A DNA stretch of 64,000 bases, taken from contig NMRA01000212.1 of assembly GCA_002633005.1 (NCBI GenBank), forward strand, positions 175,312-239,311, written 5' to 3'. The DNA comes from Phoronis australis. Lineage: Eukaryota > Animalia > Phoronida. Below the pieces are notes generated by a model. The model had not been told where the DNA came from, did no database searches, and saw nothing but the letters and a program-made list of their open reading frames with translations. The position numbers and the translations under genes were made by a program. Numbering within the stretch: the first letter of the stretch is position 1; each line of letters starts with the position of its first letter. This document shows, in pieces, positions 14,401 to 26,422 of the stretch.

Positions 14401-17400
14401 TACAAAATTACTTCCTGTAATTCCAGTATGTTGGGATGAGGGCTCAGGCGTTTCATGGCTTGTATCTCTCGCAGATTGTTCACTTGCTCAACACTGAAAA
14501 TAAAAAACATCACATTACAAAAGTAAGACATTGCTGCTTCCTTCAGGTCATTCAACAGTTCGGCATCACAGTTTATTGACAATAAAAAAGCATTCAACAA
14601 CATCAACTGTGCTTGAACCACAAACAGGTACAACCACAAACTGTTTGTTCTCTAATTCAGTTGAACAAAGCTTTGGTCTAAGAGAGAGCTGATGTTTATA
14701 GAGAGATAGCAGGACTCTCCAATTTGCTTCAATGTGTCAGTGTGAAGCTTGATTCACAGAGAAAGCTTAATGTTATCCTAGAGACAGCAGGATTCACTAC
14801 AACCTGCTTCAACACAATTGTGATGATCTGTTTGTTCACAGAGAAACCTGATATTATAGAGAGACTGCAAGATTCTCAATGACCTGCTTCAATGTGTTGC
14901 CATGAAATGCTTGTTCATGGAGAAAGCTGATGTTTGTACAGAGACAGCAGAATTCTCTACGACCTGCTTCAACGTGCTGCCATGATCCGCGTGTTCACAG
15001 AGAAACATAATCCTTGCTATGATTTTTTGTTCACAGTGAAAGCTGATGTTTGTAGAGACAGCAGGATTCTCTATGACCTGCTTCAATGTGCTGCCTTGAC
15101 CTGTTTGCCCACAGAGAAAGATAATGCTTGTAGAGAGACAGAAGGATTCTCTACAACCTGCTTCACTTTGTTGCCATGACCTGTTTGTTTACACTTGTGA
15201 CATGTATTGATGGCCCTCTGACACATCTGAATTTTCAGTTGCAAATAAAAATTGTCATCAGTTGGTCAAAAACATGGTTTTTAAAATTAATGTGAAAAGT
15301 TGAACAAACGTTAACTTGTGGTTCTGCCCTGCTGTGCATTACTGCTTCAATACTCCAGGTAATAGAGCAGGTAAATGTGCACTAGTACAACTGCACATAC
15401 ATTTGCACTACAGAGAACCTTATAAACCGCTGCACGCTTACAGCACGTTTTCTGGTGTTCGCATGGTTCCGACACATTTGGATTTTCAGTTGCGGAGAAC
15501 ACTGGATAGGCACACCCTGTTATTCAGCAAGGAGCAACACATATCAAAACAAAAGACTTAAAAAGACCGAACTTCTTCGTTACCAATTTTACATCCCCTC
15601 CTCCCCTCCTCCCCCCGTTCCATTGAACTGATCAAATTCAATGGGGTACTTGCCTTTCATAGGTTTGCTTCATTTTCTTGCAAGCCCACTGGCTTCCATC
15701 CTTGATGTGCTGACATTTCAGAACTTCAGAGAAAGTACCTTCTCCTTTCTTTCCAAGTATGCGGTATTCTGTAACAGTGAAATAGACTTAAATCCATGTA
15801 TGGGTATTCTGTAACAGTGAAATAGACTTAAATACATGCATGGGTATCATTCTGTAACAGTGAAATAGACTTACATACACGTATTGGTATTCTGTAACAG
15901 TGAAATAGACTTAAATACATGTATGGGTATTCTGTAACAGTGAAATAGACTTAAATACATGTATGGATATCATTCTGCAACAGTGAAATAGACTTAAATA
16001 CATGTATGGGATAACAATGTCGCAAAGGTTTTTAAGTCTGGTCAACACGCTCATAACTGAGACCATGTCACGTAACCTAACGGATAGAACTCTGAAAACA
16101 TTTCTAGTACCCAAACCCGGAATCGAACCTGGGACCTTCTGATAATCATGCAGACGTTCTATTGCACTGCGGTATGGGGACCAAAAGTCGAATACATATA
16201 TGGATATTACAATTATTATTCAGTGCATCATGGAAATTTGGATGTAGCAAAACTGCTGTCTCATACCTCTGTTCATGCTATGATCACTCGCTTTCTACAG
16301 CCATGATGGCCTTGAGTCTCTCAATAATCTGAATAATAATCCAGATCATAACAGCACTCACATATCAACAGCACCAGGTGTTCATCCAATGACATCATCC
16401 CCGAGGACCACACGCACACGCACACACGCGCACACACAAACACACACAAACGGTTTTGAAGAACACTAAAGAGCAATCAAAATAATATTGAGAAAAAGCA
16501 TTATCTGGGTTGATTATTTTTTATCCCATTCCATGCAGTTCAGTGCATGTGTTTGATGGTCTGTTGATCTCCATGACCCTACCAGAACCTAGGAGTTCGA
16601 GAGATCGATATACAATTTAGCTGTCCCTTACCATGGACTAGAGAGGGGTTTTCAGTTATTATTTGATATCATGTAAGACTCACTAAGATATTCCAAACAA
16701 AATGTCACCAAATCTGTGAGATTTCATCACACAAACTTGTAACTCAGTGTAGCATCAATTCAACACATAAGCAACATTTTGCACAGAGAGTGGAATTTGT
16801 TAACCTGTGTAACTGTTGGAACTGGATTCATGTAGCACTAAAAATTTCAAGAACTGATTTGCTCAACAACATTGTTCAGTCAGTAAGGAGACAACTGATA
16901 ATAGATTAAAGTGTTTAAGATATTTTCAATGATAAATATCTTTGTGCAGATCTCATGGTTAAAATTAAAAACAGACAGTTAAATTTAGTGTTCACTGCAA
17001 ATTGACAGGAAATGTTTTTGTTTACTTAATGCCCATTACAGTTATCTAGATCAAAACATTTTCATTGGAAGATAAAACCTTTGATCATATAGTCAATCTC
17101 GGGTTTTGAATTTTATAGGCAAAGAAAGAATTACACCATTTATTCCGTAATTTTGTCGGCACTTTGTTATTTTTGGTTAGTAATGTCGTAGGCAAAGTAA
17201 GCCACCAGACCGGGTTAACTTGGTCTACTTACATGGTTCAACTTCACAGACCAAGTACACTCCTTCACCTGAGTTACAGCCTACCGTTAAAAACTGAGTA
17301 TGTGCCAAGGTTTTATAGTCATCAGATACATACCGTGAATAATACTCTTACAAGGAAGTCAAGCATTTCTACAGATATGCGGGAATTTTCACCGCTCGAC

Positions 17401-18976
17401 CTTCTGAGTGGCTTGTACCAGGATCAAAGACAGCGCAGTGCCAGAATCAGGTACAGTTGTGATAACTACATTGCCCGATGCGAGCAAGACCCAATTAAAT
17501 GTAATTATCCGACCATAAACTGTATTAGACATCTCTGACTGTACATAATGGCGAATTTTCAAAATGCATCAACCACTAATTTTCGTTATAAACGAACACC
17601 ACAGCGGTATTCAGTTGGAAAAAAAACAACCAAGTACAGTTTTCGATTTTTAAAAATCGATGAACTAATAATTTAAAAACTATAGTCTTTGGGTATGCGT
17701 GATTGAAGATAAACTACAGCCAGTGCATATTGATATACTTGGTGGATATACAAACACTGATCAGAGTTAACAACATCACATGGATTCATTTTCTAATATT
17801 CTTTCAATCTTGTTTAACCAGATTTTTGACCAGGAAACAGTTGTTGTGCCCACTTTTCATTTTTTATTACTGACAAAGAGCTAGAATAGTTATATATAGT
17901 CAGTGCCACCAAAATTTTCCAGAGATTCCAAATCTTCAGTTTGGTTATCATCATATTTGCACTTTTGTACATATTTCATGATTCGAGTTCTAATAAAGAT
18001 TAAACTTTAATGACACGTGAAATGTTTAGTGTACCTGTAATGTGGTACGTTTAGGGATGGGCTCACAATGAACTTAACTAATTAAGCTTAGTTGGCGATC
18101 AAAATTACCACTGTTTAGGTACTTCAAGTTCAAAATTTAGATAAAAGTTATCAACCCGTTCCTGGTAAGAAAAAAAAACAAGTGGGCAGAAGCATTAAAA
18201 ATGAAATAAAGAAAACCAATGAAACTTATCATTCCTTTGCGAAGTGGCCCTTTGTGAAGATAAACACACGTTAACCTTTTCAGTCATTTTGTAATATTTA
18301 TAATGTACCAAGTTAAAACTACTCTCCAGAGTTGCAGGCTATAACTCTGCAAATGTCAGAGAAAACCAACTAACAACAACCATTGTTGAGACACTAATGC
18401 TAGCAATAACCTTTCCAATTCATTAACTCAGATCTACTTCAATACAAAGGGCATACTGAATAGTCATCCTAAATGTTGTCTGGTGCTTAGGGAATCAGAG
18501 CGGTCACCAGTGTATGCCGAATCTGACTTTCCTACAGTTGATTACATTTTTATGATGGGCTTTTTTGTTATTTTAACTTCGTCGCAAAACAGGGAGTTAA
18601 AACAATAAAAGGCTCGTGAATAATGAAGTCAACTTTAGGTCAATTAGGCATATTTGGCAGGCTTCAGGTCACTTTAAGCTGTGGCAAATCGGATTTCAAC
18701 TGTAGGCTGAAATTGAGCATATGAGTTCAATTGGTCTACGAGGTTAGACCATGTAAGACCAGGTTAATGATATGGTGGATTACTTGGTCTACAACAGTAA
18801 GCACAAGTAGTAGTAGCACTAGTAGTAATTAGCAGTAGTAGTACTACTACTACTATATAATTACTACTAGCCTACTACTACTACTACTACTATATAATTA
18901 CTACTAGCCTACTACTACTACTACTATATAATTACTACTAGCCTACTACTACTACTACTATATAATTACTACTAGC

Positions 18977-19026
<50 letters not shown>

Positions 19027-19734
19027 GCTGTATGTGAACTTGGAATCCTGCTTAACCTCAAGATTAAGCAGGAGTGTTGCGTGAACTTGGAATACGAGAA
19101 GCAACTTAACAAGTTCACTCAAATAATCATGTTCATGTTCATAAAAATTTGCACTGCACTAAATCAAGTTACATTTGAATAAAAGTGTCAGTTTTAACCA
19201 ACCTTTTCAACTACGGGTGATCAGTTTCACCAAACAACAATCAATTTAGTCATTGATTCACATATTCCTCCCTTTAAGCGACACAAGTTACGGTAAAGNT
19301 TACATTTTTATGATGGGCTTTTTTGTTATTTTAACTCCGTCGCAAAACAGGGAGTTAAAACAATAAAAGGCTCGTGAAAAATGTAGTCAACTTTAGGTCA
19401 ATTAGCCATATTTGGCAGGCTTCAGGTCACTTTAAGCTGTGGCAAATCGGATTTCAACTGTAGGCTGAAATTGAGCATATGAGTTCAATTGGTCTACGAG
19501 GTTAAACCATGTAAGACCAGGTTAATGATATGGTGGATTACTTGGTCTACAACAGTAAGCACAAGTAGTAGTAGTACTAGTAGTAATTAGCAGTAGTAGT
19601 ACTACTACTACTATATAATTACTACTAGCCTACTACTACTACTACTACTATATAATTACTACTAGCCTACTACTACTACTACTATATAATTACTACTAGC
19701 CTACTACTACTACTACTATATAATTACTACTAGC

Positions 19735-19775
<41 letters not shown>

Positions 19776-20397
19776 GCTGCTGTATGTGAACTTGGAATCC
19801 TGCTTAACCTCAAGATTAAGCAGGAGTGTTGCGTGAACTTGGAATACGAGAAGCAACTTAACAAGTTCACTCAAATAATCATGTTCATGTTCATAAAAAT
19901 TTGCACTGCACTAAATCAAGTTACATTTGAATAAAATAGTGTCAGTTTTAACCAACCTTTTCAACTACGGGTGATCAGTTTCACCAAACAACAATCAATT
20001 TAGTCATTCACATATTCCTCCCTTTAAGCGACACAAGTTACGGTAAAGGAGAAAATGGTTGATCGCTAGGCCAATAATTACAAAAATTCTTTTCACCAAA
20101 CAAAAATTTCACTTTTTTGACTTAGAAATATTCAATTCTAAGTTCACGCAACACTCACTTCCGCTTAATCTTGAGATTAAGCAGGATTCCAAGTTCACGC
20201 ACAGCACCACTACTAGAAGTAGTAGTAATTAGCACTAGTAGTAGTAATAGTAGGCCTACTGACTAATATAGTAACAGTAGTTAGTAGTAGCAGTAATAGT
20301 AGAAGTAATAGTAGTAGTAGTAGTAGCTGTTGCAGTAATTCTTAGTTAGTTCACACCTGAAAATGAAGTACTCACTGTTCATAATTGAGCTCATCAT
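5476..20397 (-). CDS. MOK: MAPK/MAK/MRK-overlapping kinase (RCK-family CMGC kinase), spliced, at least 12 coding exons; last exon(s) and stop not resolved
   Basis: Minus-strand exons with compatible phases: 20397-20376, 15768-15654, 14493-14404, 14036-13966, 13737-13659, 13158-13110, 12066-11981, 10186-10094, 9137-9036, 7558-7382, 6832-6670, 5643-5476. Translation: [170 protein letters not shown] and the PYTEY activation loop match MOK. The two post-kinase exons rest only on splice sites and frame. Confidence 0.93.
6915..7200. repeat. 28-bp minisatellite, about 10 copies
   Basis: GCAGCTAGTCACCCAAGGCAGTTCATTT consensus. Confidence 0.9.
10403..11542. mobile_element. Non-autonomous piggyBac-like DNA transposon (1140 bp) in a MOK intron
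   Basis: TTAA on both sides (10399-10402 and 11543-11546). TIRs CTCATTCGACCCTGA / TCAGGGACGAATGAG match at 14 of 15 positions. There is an internal decayed acidic reading frame on the minus strand. Confidence 0.8.
12190..13075. repeat. Degenerate tandem array (unit about 50 bp) similar to MOK exon 6
   Basis: Units of the form AGGCTAGA(C/T)AT(G/T)TCTATGGAATAT..ACTTGTGTGTATT; see findings. Confidence 0.85.
14640..15190. repeat. Degenerate minisatellite (unit roughly 75-80 bp) in MOK intron 2
   Basis: TGTTCACAGAGAAAGCTGATGTTTGTAGAGACAGCAGGATTCTCTACGACCTGCTTCAA consensus, about 6-7 copies. Confidence 0.85.
15648..15653 (-). other. GC-AG intron donor, MOK intron 2
   Basis: The exon ends ..TATGAAAG|gcaagt. 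This junction gives Y-E-S-V-E-Q, in register with MOK. Confidence 0.85.
15763..16012. repeat. Six tandem 40/43-bp copies containing the MOK exon 2 splice acceptor
   Basis: The unit GGTATTCTGTAACAGTGAAATAGACTTAAATACATGTATG repeats almost perfectly. Confidence 0.95.
16015..16182 (-). mobile_element. tRNA-derived SINE (or tRNA pseudogene head)
   Basis: The minus strand reads GGTCCCCATACCGCAGTGCAATAGAACGTCTGCATGATTATCAGAAGGTCCCAGGTTCGATTCCGGGTTTGGGTA: a clear B box and T arm, a degenerate A box and anticodon arm, then non-tRNA sequence. Confidence 0.65.
18805..20330. repeat. (TAC)n/(GTA)n microsatellite tracts with a higher-order unit of about 30-33 bp
   Basis: (TAC)n-TATATAATTACTACTAGCC units at 18840-19025 and 19600-19775, and a GTA tract at 20210-20330. 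Confidence 0.9.
19776..20208. mobile_element. MITE with about 70-bp TIRs inserted in a TAC/GTA microsatellite; truncated second copy at 19026-19298
   Basis: GCTGTATGTGAACTTGGAATCCTGCTTAACCTCAAGATTAAGCAGG.. is the reverse complement of ..CCGCTTAATCTTGAGATTAAGCAGGATTCCAAGTTCACGCACAGC with few mismatches. Confidence 0.8.
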
Positions 20398-22464
20398 GCC
20401 ATTGACGTTGGCCAGAATACGGGGTGAGTAGCCCCGCTCCGAAAATCATACACTGGCACATGAGAAAACTTAAAAAGGACGAGCATCGGGAGGTTCACTT
20501 CCACCTAACCGCGATACAGTCTAATCTCTCAGATTCCACGTACACTTCAAATGGCACATAATGTAAATCGAGTACTGAAAAGTACTATACTTTATTGTGT
20601 CGTTTCCAAGCGGATGTTTCAGATCCCGAGCACCAACTTCAGGGCTCCGTTGTGATTGGTTGATAAGTCGCGAATGTCGAAGAAGAGATCCTACCGGGAT
20701 TTTTTAAAACCATATAATAGATTACAATGAGTCATTGGCGACCGGCTCNTGAGTCAGCCTGCTTTGCAGTCGGTCTTTTAAAAACAAACCAAATGCCATT
20801 ATTTAGGTTAGATTTTCACAATAACAGATAACGGTTAGGTTCAAATTTCCATGAGTATGTTTATATATAGACAATGTGGTTAACAGGCACTAAAAATATT
20901 AACCATGGGGGGCTCCGCTTCAGTGAAACAGAAAGTCCGATTAAACAAGACAAAAGTCCACAAAAGTCACGGGAAGTCGGCGCGGATGCACGGTGCGTGG
21001 TGCATGGCCCTGAACCTAGGCCCCGTTTTTTTTAGTCAGTAAAAGGTCCGCATACCGAAAAATTCGAACCCCCCCCCTACATTTAGGCTGGGTGGGCGCA
21101 TGAATCATCGAGCCCCTTTTGGCTCTAATGTTTTGTGCGCTTCTTGAAAGTTACTCATGCGTCTGCCGTTCAATAAACTGTGGACCAGGTAAAATAAAAT
21201 TTGGAAAATGTCGTACTTCAGTTATCATGTCCCCATCTCCCGATGCACACCCTAATATTCTAGTTGGTCATCCTCCGCCGTTTTATCGAGATCTGGTGAT
21301 CACTCTTAGCAATTGCATAACAACAGATTTACATTTTTAGTAGCCTACAGCACGTGTTGTTCTAGAGCTGCACCCAATACTATGTTGTAATTAAAGTGAC
21401 AATAAAACCGCGTCAGGGTCGAACAAACTAAATTTTGGTTTAGATCNACTTATCGCTATAAAATTGCGGCAAGCCTCGGCTGAGTTCCTTACCGATACAT
21501 GAGAATTGGTTTTTGGTCATGCAAAAATAACAGTTTGTTATTCCTCGAGGCAATGCTCGGTGAATTAGATGACACGTCATGACAAGAAGAGCTGTCAGTT
21601 TCTTCCAAACTCAGATATCACAGCTATTTTACGTAACTAAAAACAGCTTGCTTCCAATTTCATAACCGTCTAAACCACTTGTTGTGACAACCAGCTCTTC
21701 GCCAGTGATTCAAATGGGGTTTGAAAATTAGCACGGGGTACTTTACACTACTTCCTCGGCGACCGCCTCAATCTTTCATTCCAGAACTATACTGCGTCAT
21801 CGGTTCCTTTAAAATCATGCATCTTTGACGTGATCTGACTTTCAATCGAAGCAGTCTGCTCGCCTCGTGTTTTTTTTTTCTTCTGCACTGGCCCTTCGAG
21901 TTTATGTCGCGTTCACGGATACACGTATGGCGTCGCTTGTTCAATAGCAAGTATAAATTCGTTATGCAGTGTGTCTGGTTGTGAATTGTCACGTACACGC
22001 AAACCTATCCAAATAGCTTGTCTTTTGAAAAAGGCAACGGAACTATCTTAACATTTCACTTCGAGATGTTTACACTGCTCCCACCGACATTGTAGAAAGT
22101 AGATTTCGCAAAAATGCGATCCCTTTTAATAGACACGTACATTTGCTTTTGCCGGGAAGGAAGTCAAGTGTTCACCAACGAATATGCCACTGTTCGGGTT
22201 TCAAAATTTTAAAATATTTTTTTGGCAAAAAGAAAAGAAAACGTGTCAAATAGATTTACTAAATAAGTAAGCATTCAAATAATAACATAACAATCGTTTT
22301 TCCCCCGTTTAGTACGATAAAGGTTCGAGGTTTTCATTCTGTTAACGGTTGTGTTCCAAAAATGCCCTTATATGTCAATAGAAGCCGAATTGTTAACTAT
22401 GTGTGTGAAATCCGATTGTGACTCAAGCATATGAAGAAATTCAACATAGCCATGTGTTTTTGCA

Positions 22465-24525
22465 GGGCTACATCCACCGTCAAAAAAATCGAGATGCCAA
22501 AAATGACCAAAAAGTGCGATATTTGACCATATTTTTTATCTAAGAACGCAAATCCACGACTGTCCCGGTGCAATAAAAAGACTATCATCCAAATGTTCTT
22601 TCAACCTAAACTCCAGAAATTCAGGTTAAAATATATCATTACTAATCACAATTTTGACAATTTCCAGTTGTCTGAAAGCTAGGTACCTGGATTTGCGTCA
22701 AAAATTCAAGACTCAACAAGCATGTGCTCTCAAGCAGACAAGAGCACAGGACAAATAAATTTCTGGATTCAGTTTACTCAAAACAACATCAAGGAACTAC
22801 TGAATACCGTTTGTGGCAATCCCTTCCCATTTAGTCCACAAAACTGCCGTCAAACCCGACCCACCTCATTTTAATCATTTTGGGGGAGCTACAAGGGTCT
22901 GCACCGTGGTCTTAAACCATACATTGCAGAAAAGAGGGACAAAATCGTCATCTTGTTGTAAACCTCGCAGAATATCCTTCACCACTATAGCTGACTACCA
23001 TCGTAAGAAAGAGACACGTTTCTTCAATTACTTTAGACAGTTTTAACTCAAGAAACTTTATGTTTGAAACACAAAAATGACGTAGTCACATCACCATGCA
23101 TAGTGTTGTCATGGGGATCGTCGTAACTTGCACAGACGTGTTATGTCAAAATTAAAATTGCAATTTCTCTATATTCATCGCAGTTACAAATATGCGACTC
23201 GAATTTTCTATAATCGGTGATGATTAAGCATTAAATGCGCAAAGTTGAACAGAATAGCACGAATTTATCTCAGACAATACATTAACAGTTGTTCAGAGCT
23301 TTTCACAAGAAATACTTCGATTTTCCAGCGAGAATGTATTTGCATTATCTTTTGCTGTCGCAAAAATCTGCTTTGTCGTTGGTCCTCAACTTTCCTGGTT
23401 TGGAAGACGTCATAGTGAAGATAGATTTTATGGTATAGCATTCATTTATCACGCGTTTAGTCGCAAGCTTAGTATTTTGGTTCGGTACTATCTAATTTTG
23501 CAACGATTTCTTTGTGTTCAAGGCGTGGTACTTGTGGCGTCGAAAACAACAAATGTATATTGGAAGTGAGATTTCATTGGTTGACACTGTGAACAGGGCT
23601 GTCATATATCACAGGAGAGAGCTTCTGATTCGTTATCCCTGCTGGTCTCGTGGCATAAATAGTAACATAAATCCAATCACACGATTTTACAAATCTTCTT
23701 ACAATTACACATTATTTTTAAAGAAAATAATTTCATAAAAAATAAATTTTAGATTTTGTTAAAGTCGGACAAAAATTCTACCACAATGCTGTGCCTGGCA
23801 CTAGTGAAGCTTTTGAATATGTCAGAAAAATGCTAGTACTGTCACGTGTCTATACTGCACGTCATTGCAAGCTTTGGAATGAGTTTTTGTTGTTATTGTT
23901 CGGTTGGGAAAATTCATGACAGTAAAGCAAATGTGCAAACTACGGAGTTCTTCGTTTCCTATGTGACACAGGTGGCCAAAGGGGTTTACCATTAGTGCCC
24001 TTTTGATGTCCTTGGGGAATATTTAACGGCGTCTCCCTCGGATAGTTAAAGCTCATGAACAGTTAATGTATTTTATTATTATTCAATCGTGCAATCGTAG
24101 ATCATAGGCAATAGCTTCGAACTCCGATATTTTTATATGGAATTCCCTGAAGAGGCGTTACTTTACGGATCACACTAGTTCGAGTGCCTGATTTTGACGT
24201 CACCACTGGTTTGGGCCAATGAAAGCCCTACAAAGCCATATCTTTTTACTTCGCTACGTCCACCGGGAAAATTTGAGATGCCAAAAATGACCAAGAAGGG
24301 CGATTTTAACCATAATTTCATCTAAAATTACAAATTCACGACAGCCCAGTGCAAGAAAGAAGACCGTCCATAACCGATAATCCGAATGCCCTTTCAATCT
24401 TACAGAAATTCAGGTCAAAATATGACATTCCCAACCCGATTTAAGTTTGTCTGAATGGTACTTGTATTCGCGCCAGGAATTCAAGACTCAACAAGTACCT
24501 ATGCTCTGGAAACTGGCAGCACAAA
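22465..24525 (+). repeat. Two diverged direct copies of an interspersed repeat (22465-22740 and 24252-24525)
   Basis: Both share GCTAC.TCCACCG..GAGATGCCAAAAATGACCAA..GCGAT..AGAAATTCAGGT..AATTCAAGACTCAACAAG. Confidence 0.65.
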
Positions 24526-25394
24526 TTTCAGACAATCCTCGCAGAAGTCACCTGTTAATGCGTCACGTGAGTCCCTCTTGAGTCAGATAAAAGCCGATGA
24601 TTCAGCTAAACTCGAAGTCGCTGCGTCACAGATTGGATGTTGGTTCTTCAGTGGTGGCATGTGGTACAGTTGTGAAACTCGCCTAAACCGTAGGTCACAC
24701 TTCTGCCATGGTTTTCGAGAGTTCGTAACTTGAGCTTTCAAATTTTGCTTTAAACCAACCTTGAAAGTTATCGAGGTCACAGAGAACTAGATGGGATTGT
24801 CTTTTCGGATATCTGTTAATAGTAGGCCAAAACCGGGTTTCCCGGTAACCTTTTCTGTGCTTCTAGGAATTAACAATTCGTTATTGCTTGAGACAAGACT
24901 TTACATATTTCACTTTGTTCGTCGAGCATGATTTCGAGCAACAACGAATTTTCAGTTTTTGCACGACCGAAAGATCAGTCTCATCTGAATAAGAAAAAAT
25001 TTTATCAGTGCGGTAAGTGGTTCACAAGTGAGTTTCTTCTGGGAACGGGAGTTTGTTGTTGCTTAAATGTAAGTAAACTGAAAGCAACACACAATTCACT
25101 GAAATAACATACAAAAACTTGCAGGGGCCCACAGTTGAATCAGACGCGAAATTTCAGTAACTTATCGAAAAATTACATGAAACGCGCGTCGTGCAATCAG
25201 TCAGTTTCCGAGTAGGCCGACTGAGAGTAGACACCGTGCGCGGGTTTATAAAACAGGAACCTAAACAAGAATCATTGTCTACTCTTGTGAGGTGTGCGCC
25301 AACGCGTGAAATGTACGGGCTAAAATCTTTCGAAAAGCGGATTATTTTCAGTAGGCCCTATAGGCCCATTTATATTTGAAAGTTTATGTCTCTG

Positions 25395-26060
25395 ATAACA
25401 AGCAAGTCATTCATCAACATGAATGAGCTTCAAATAGAAAGCTATTTACCAAATTTCATAAAAATCTGTCAAGGAACTTCTGAGAAACAAAGGAAAAATG
25501 ATAATGCCCTAGGGGCCACAGCGTTCGTTGGATCAGCCTGAAAGTAGTCGTCACCTGTTGTTAGCTGCATATAAATACACTGACTTAATTATAAAGATCC
25601 TGCAGTGGGTTCAGTTAAGAAATACAGCTATGGGCGCAAAACAAAACTACCACTAGGAGGGGCCACAGTAGTCGACCGTCCTCTTCACATCAAGAACATA
25701 CACGCCATTTTCAAAACCATCCTCAGAATGGTTTTGTTGATAGACTGGAAAACAGCAAAAATGGCCACTAGGTGGCGCAAAATACCTCGATTCCATCCGA
25801 AACCGGGCGGATAGCGTCATCTCACCAATAGATGCCTATATTAAAAATTTATGAAAATCTGATGAAAACCTTTGAAGATACAGAGGTAAACGTAAAAACT
25901 AAAATTGCCACTAGTCGGTAGACCGGTAGTCAGATTCGTCCGGAAGTCTTCGTCGTCCGTTGCCAAATTTATATGAATATACTTGCTAAATGTATTAAAG
26001 ATCCTGCAAATGGTTTAGGAGATACAGCCATGGGCGCAAATGTGAATTTAGAAAATGCAA
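25395..26060. mobile_element. Helentron/HINE-like element with internal diverged tandem subrepeats
   Basis: Begins AACAAG. Repeated blocks CCAAATTTCATAAAAATCTG, AAAGATCCTGCA..ATACAGCTATGGGCGCAAA and CCACTAGG recur. The family assignment is from motif recollection only. Confidence 0.45.
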
Positions 26061-26416
26061 AACATTTTACAACTTTTAATGGTCTCTGCAAAAAACATTA
26101 AAAACAACAGAAAAGCTCGATCTCATCAATCCAAAGTACATGGGTGTGTGTTTTGCAAAACTCTGATTTCATTATCAAGAAAGTGGACAATTTTCTTTTT
26201 CTATATACAATTCTCAAAAGGTAGGAATCTACAGAAATAGCAGGAAAAGTAGGACATATTTCAAAAATCAGTAAAACTAAAAGCTGTACGTTTTTCACAA
26301 TGTCCAGAGTTAACTTGTGTTATTGGCTTAACAGTTCCAAACTTGCACTCCACAAGCTGTAAGTTTGATCCTATAGTGTAGACAACACAGAACAAGAGGT
26401 AACTGTAGTTCAGTCA

Positions 26417-26422
26417 TTTATT
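26417..26422 (-). promoter_or_regulatory. Candidate polyadenylation signal of TMED10
   Basis: AATAAA on the minus strand about 1 kb downstream of the TMED10 stop. Confidence 0.45.

Noticed and set aside
15763-16012. CRISPR-like appearance of regular repeats (also 6915-7200)
   Set aside because: Units are contiguous with no unique spacers, there are no cas genes, and the context is a eukaryotic intron.
16108-16182. Functional tRNA gene
   Set aside because: The D arm, anticodon arm and acceptor stem pair poorly. It is better explained as a SINE head or pseudogene.
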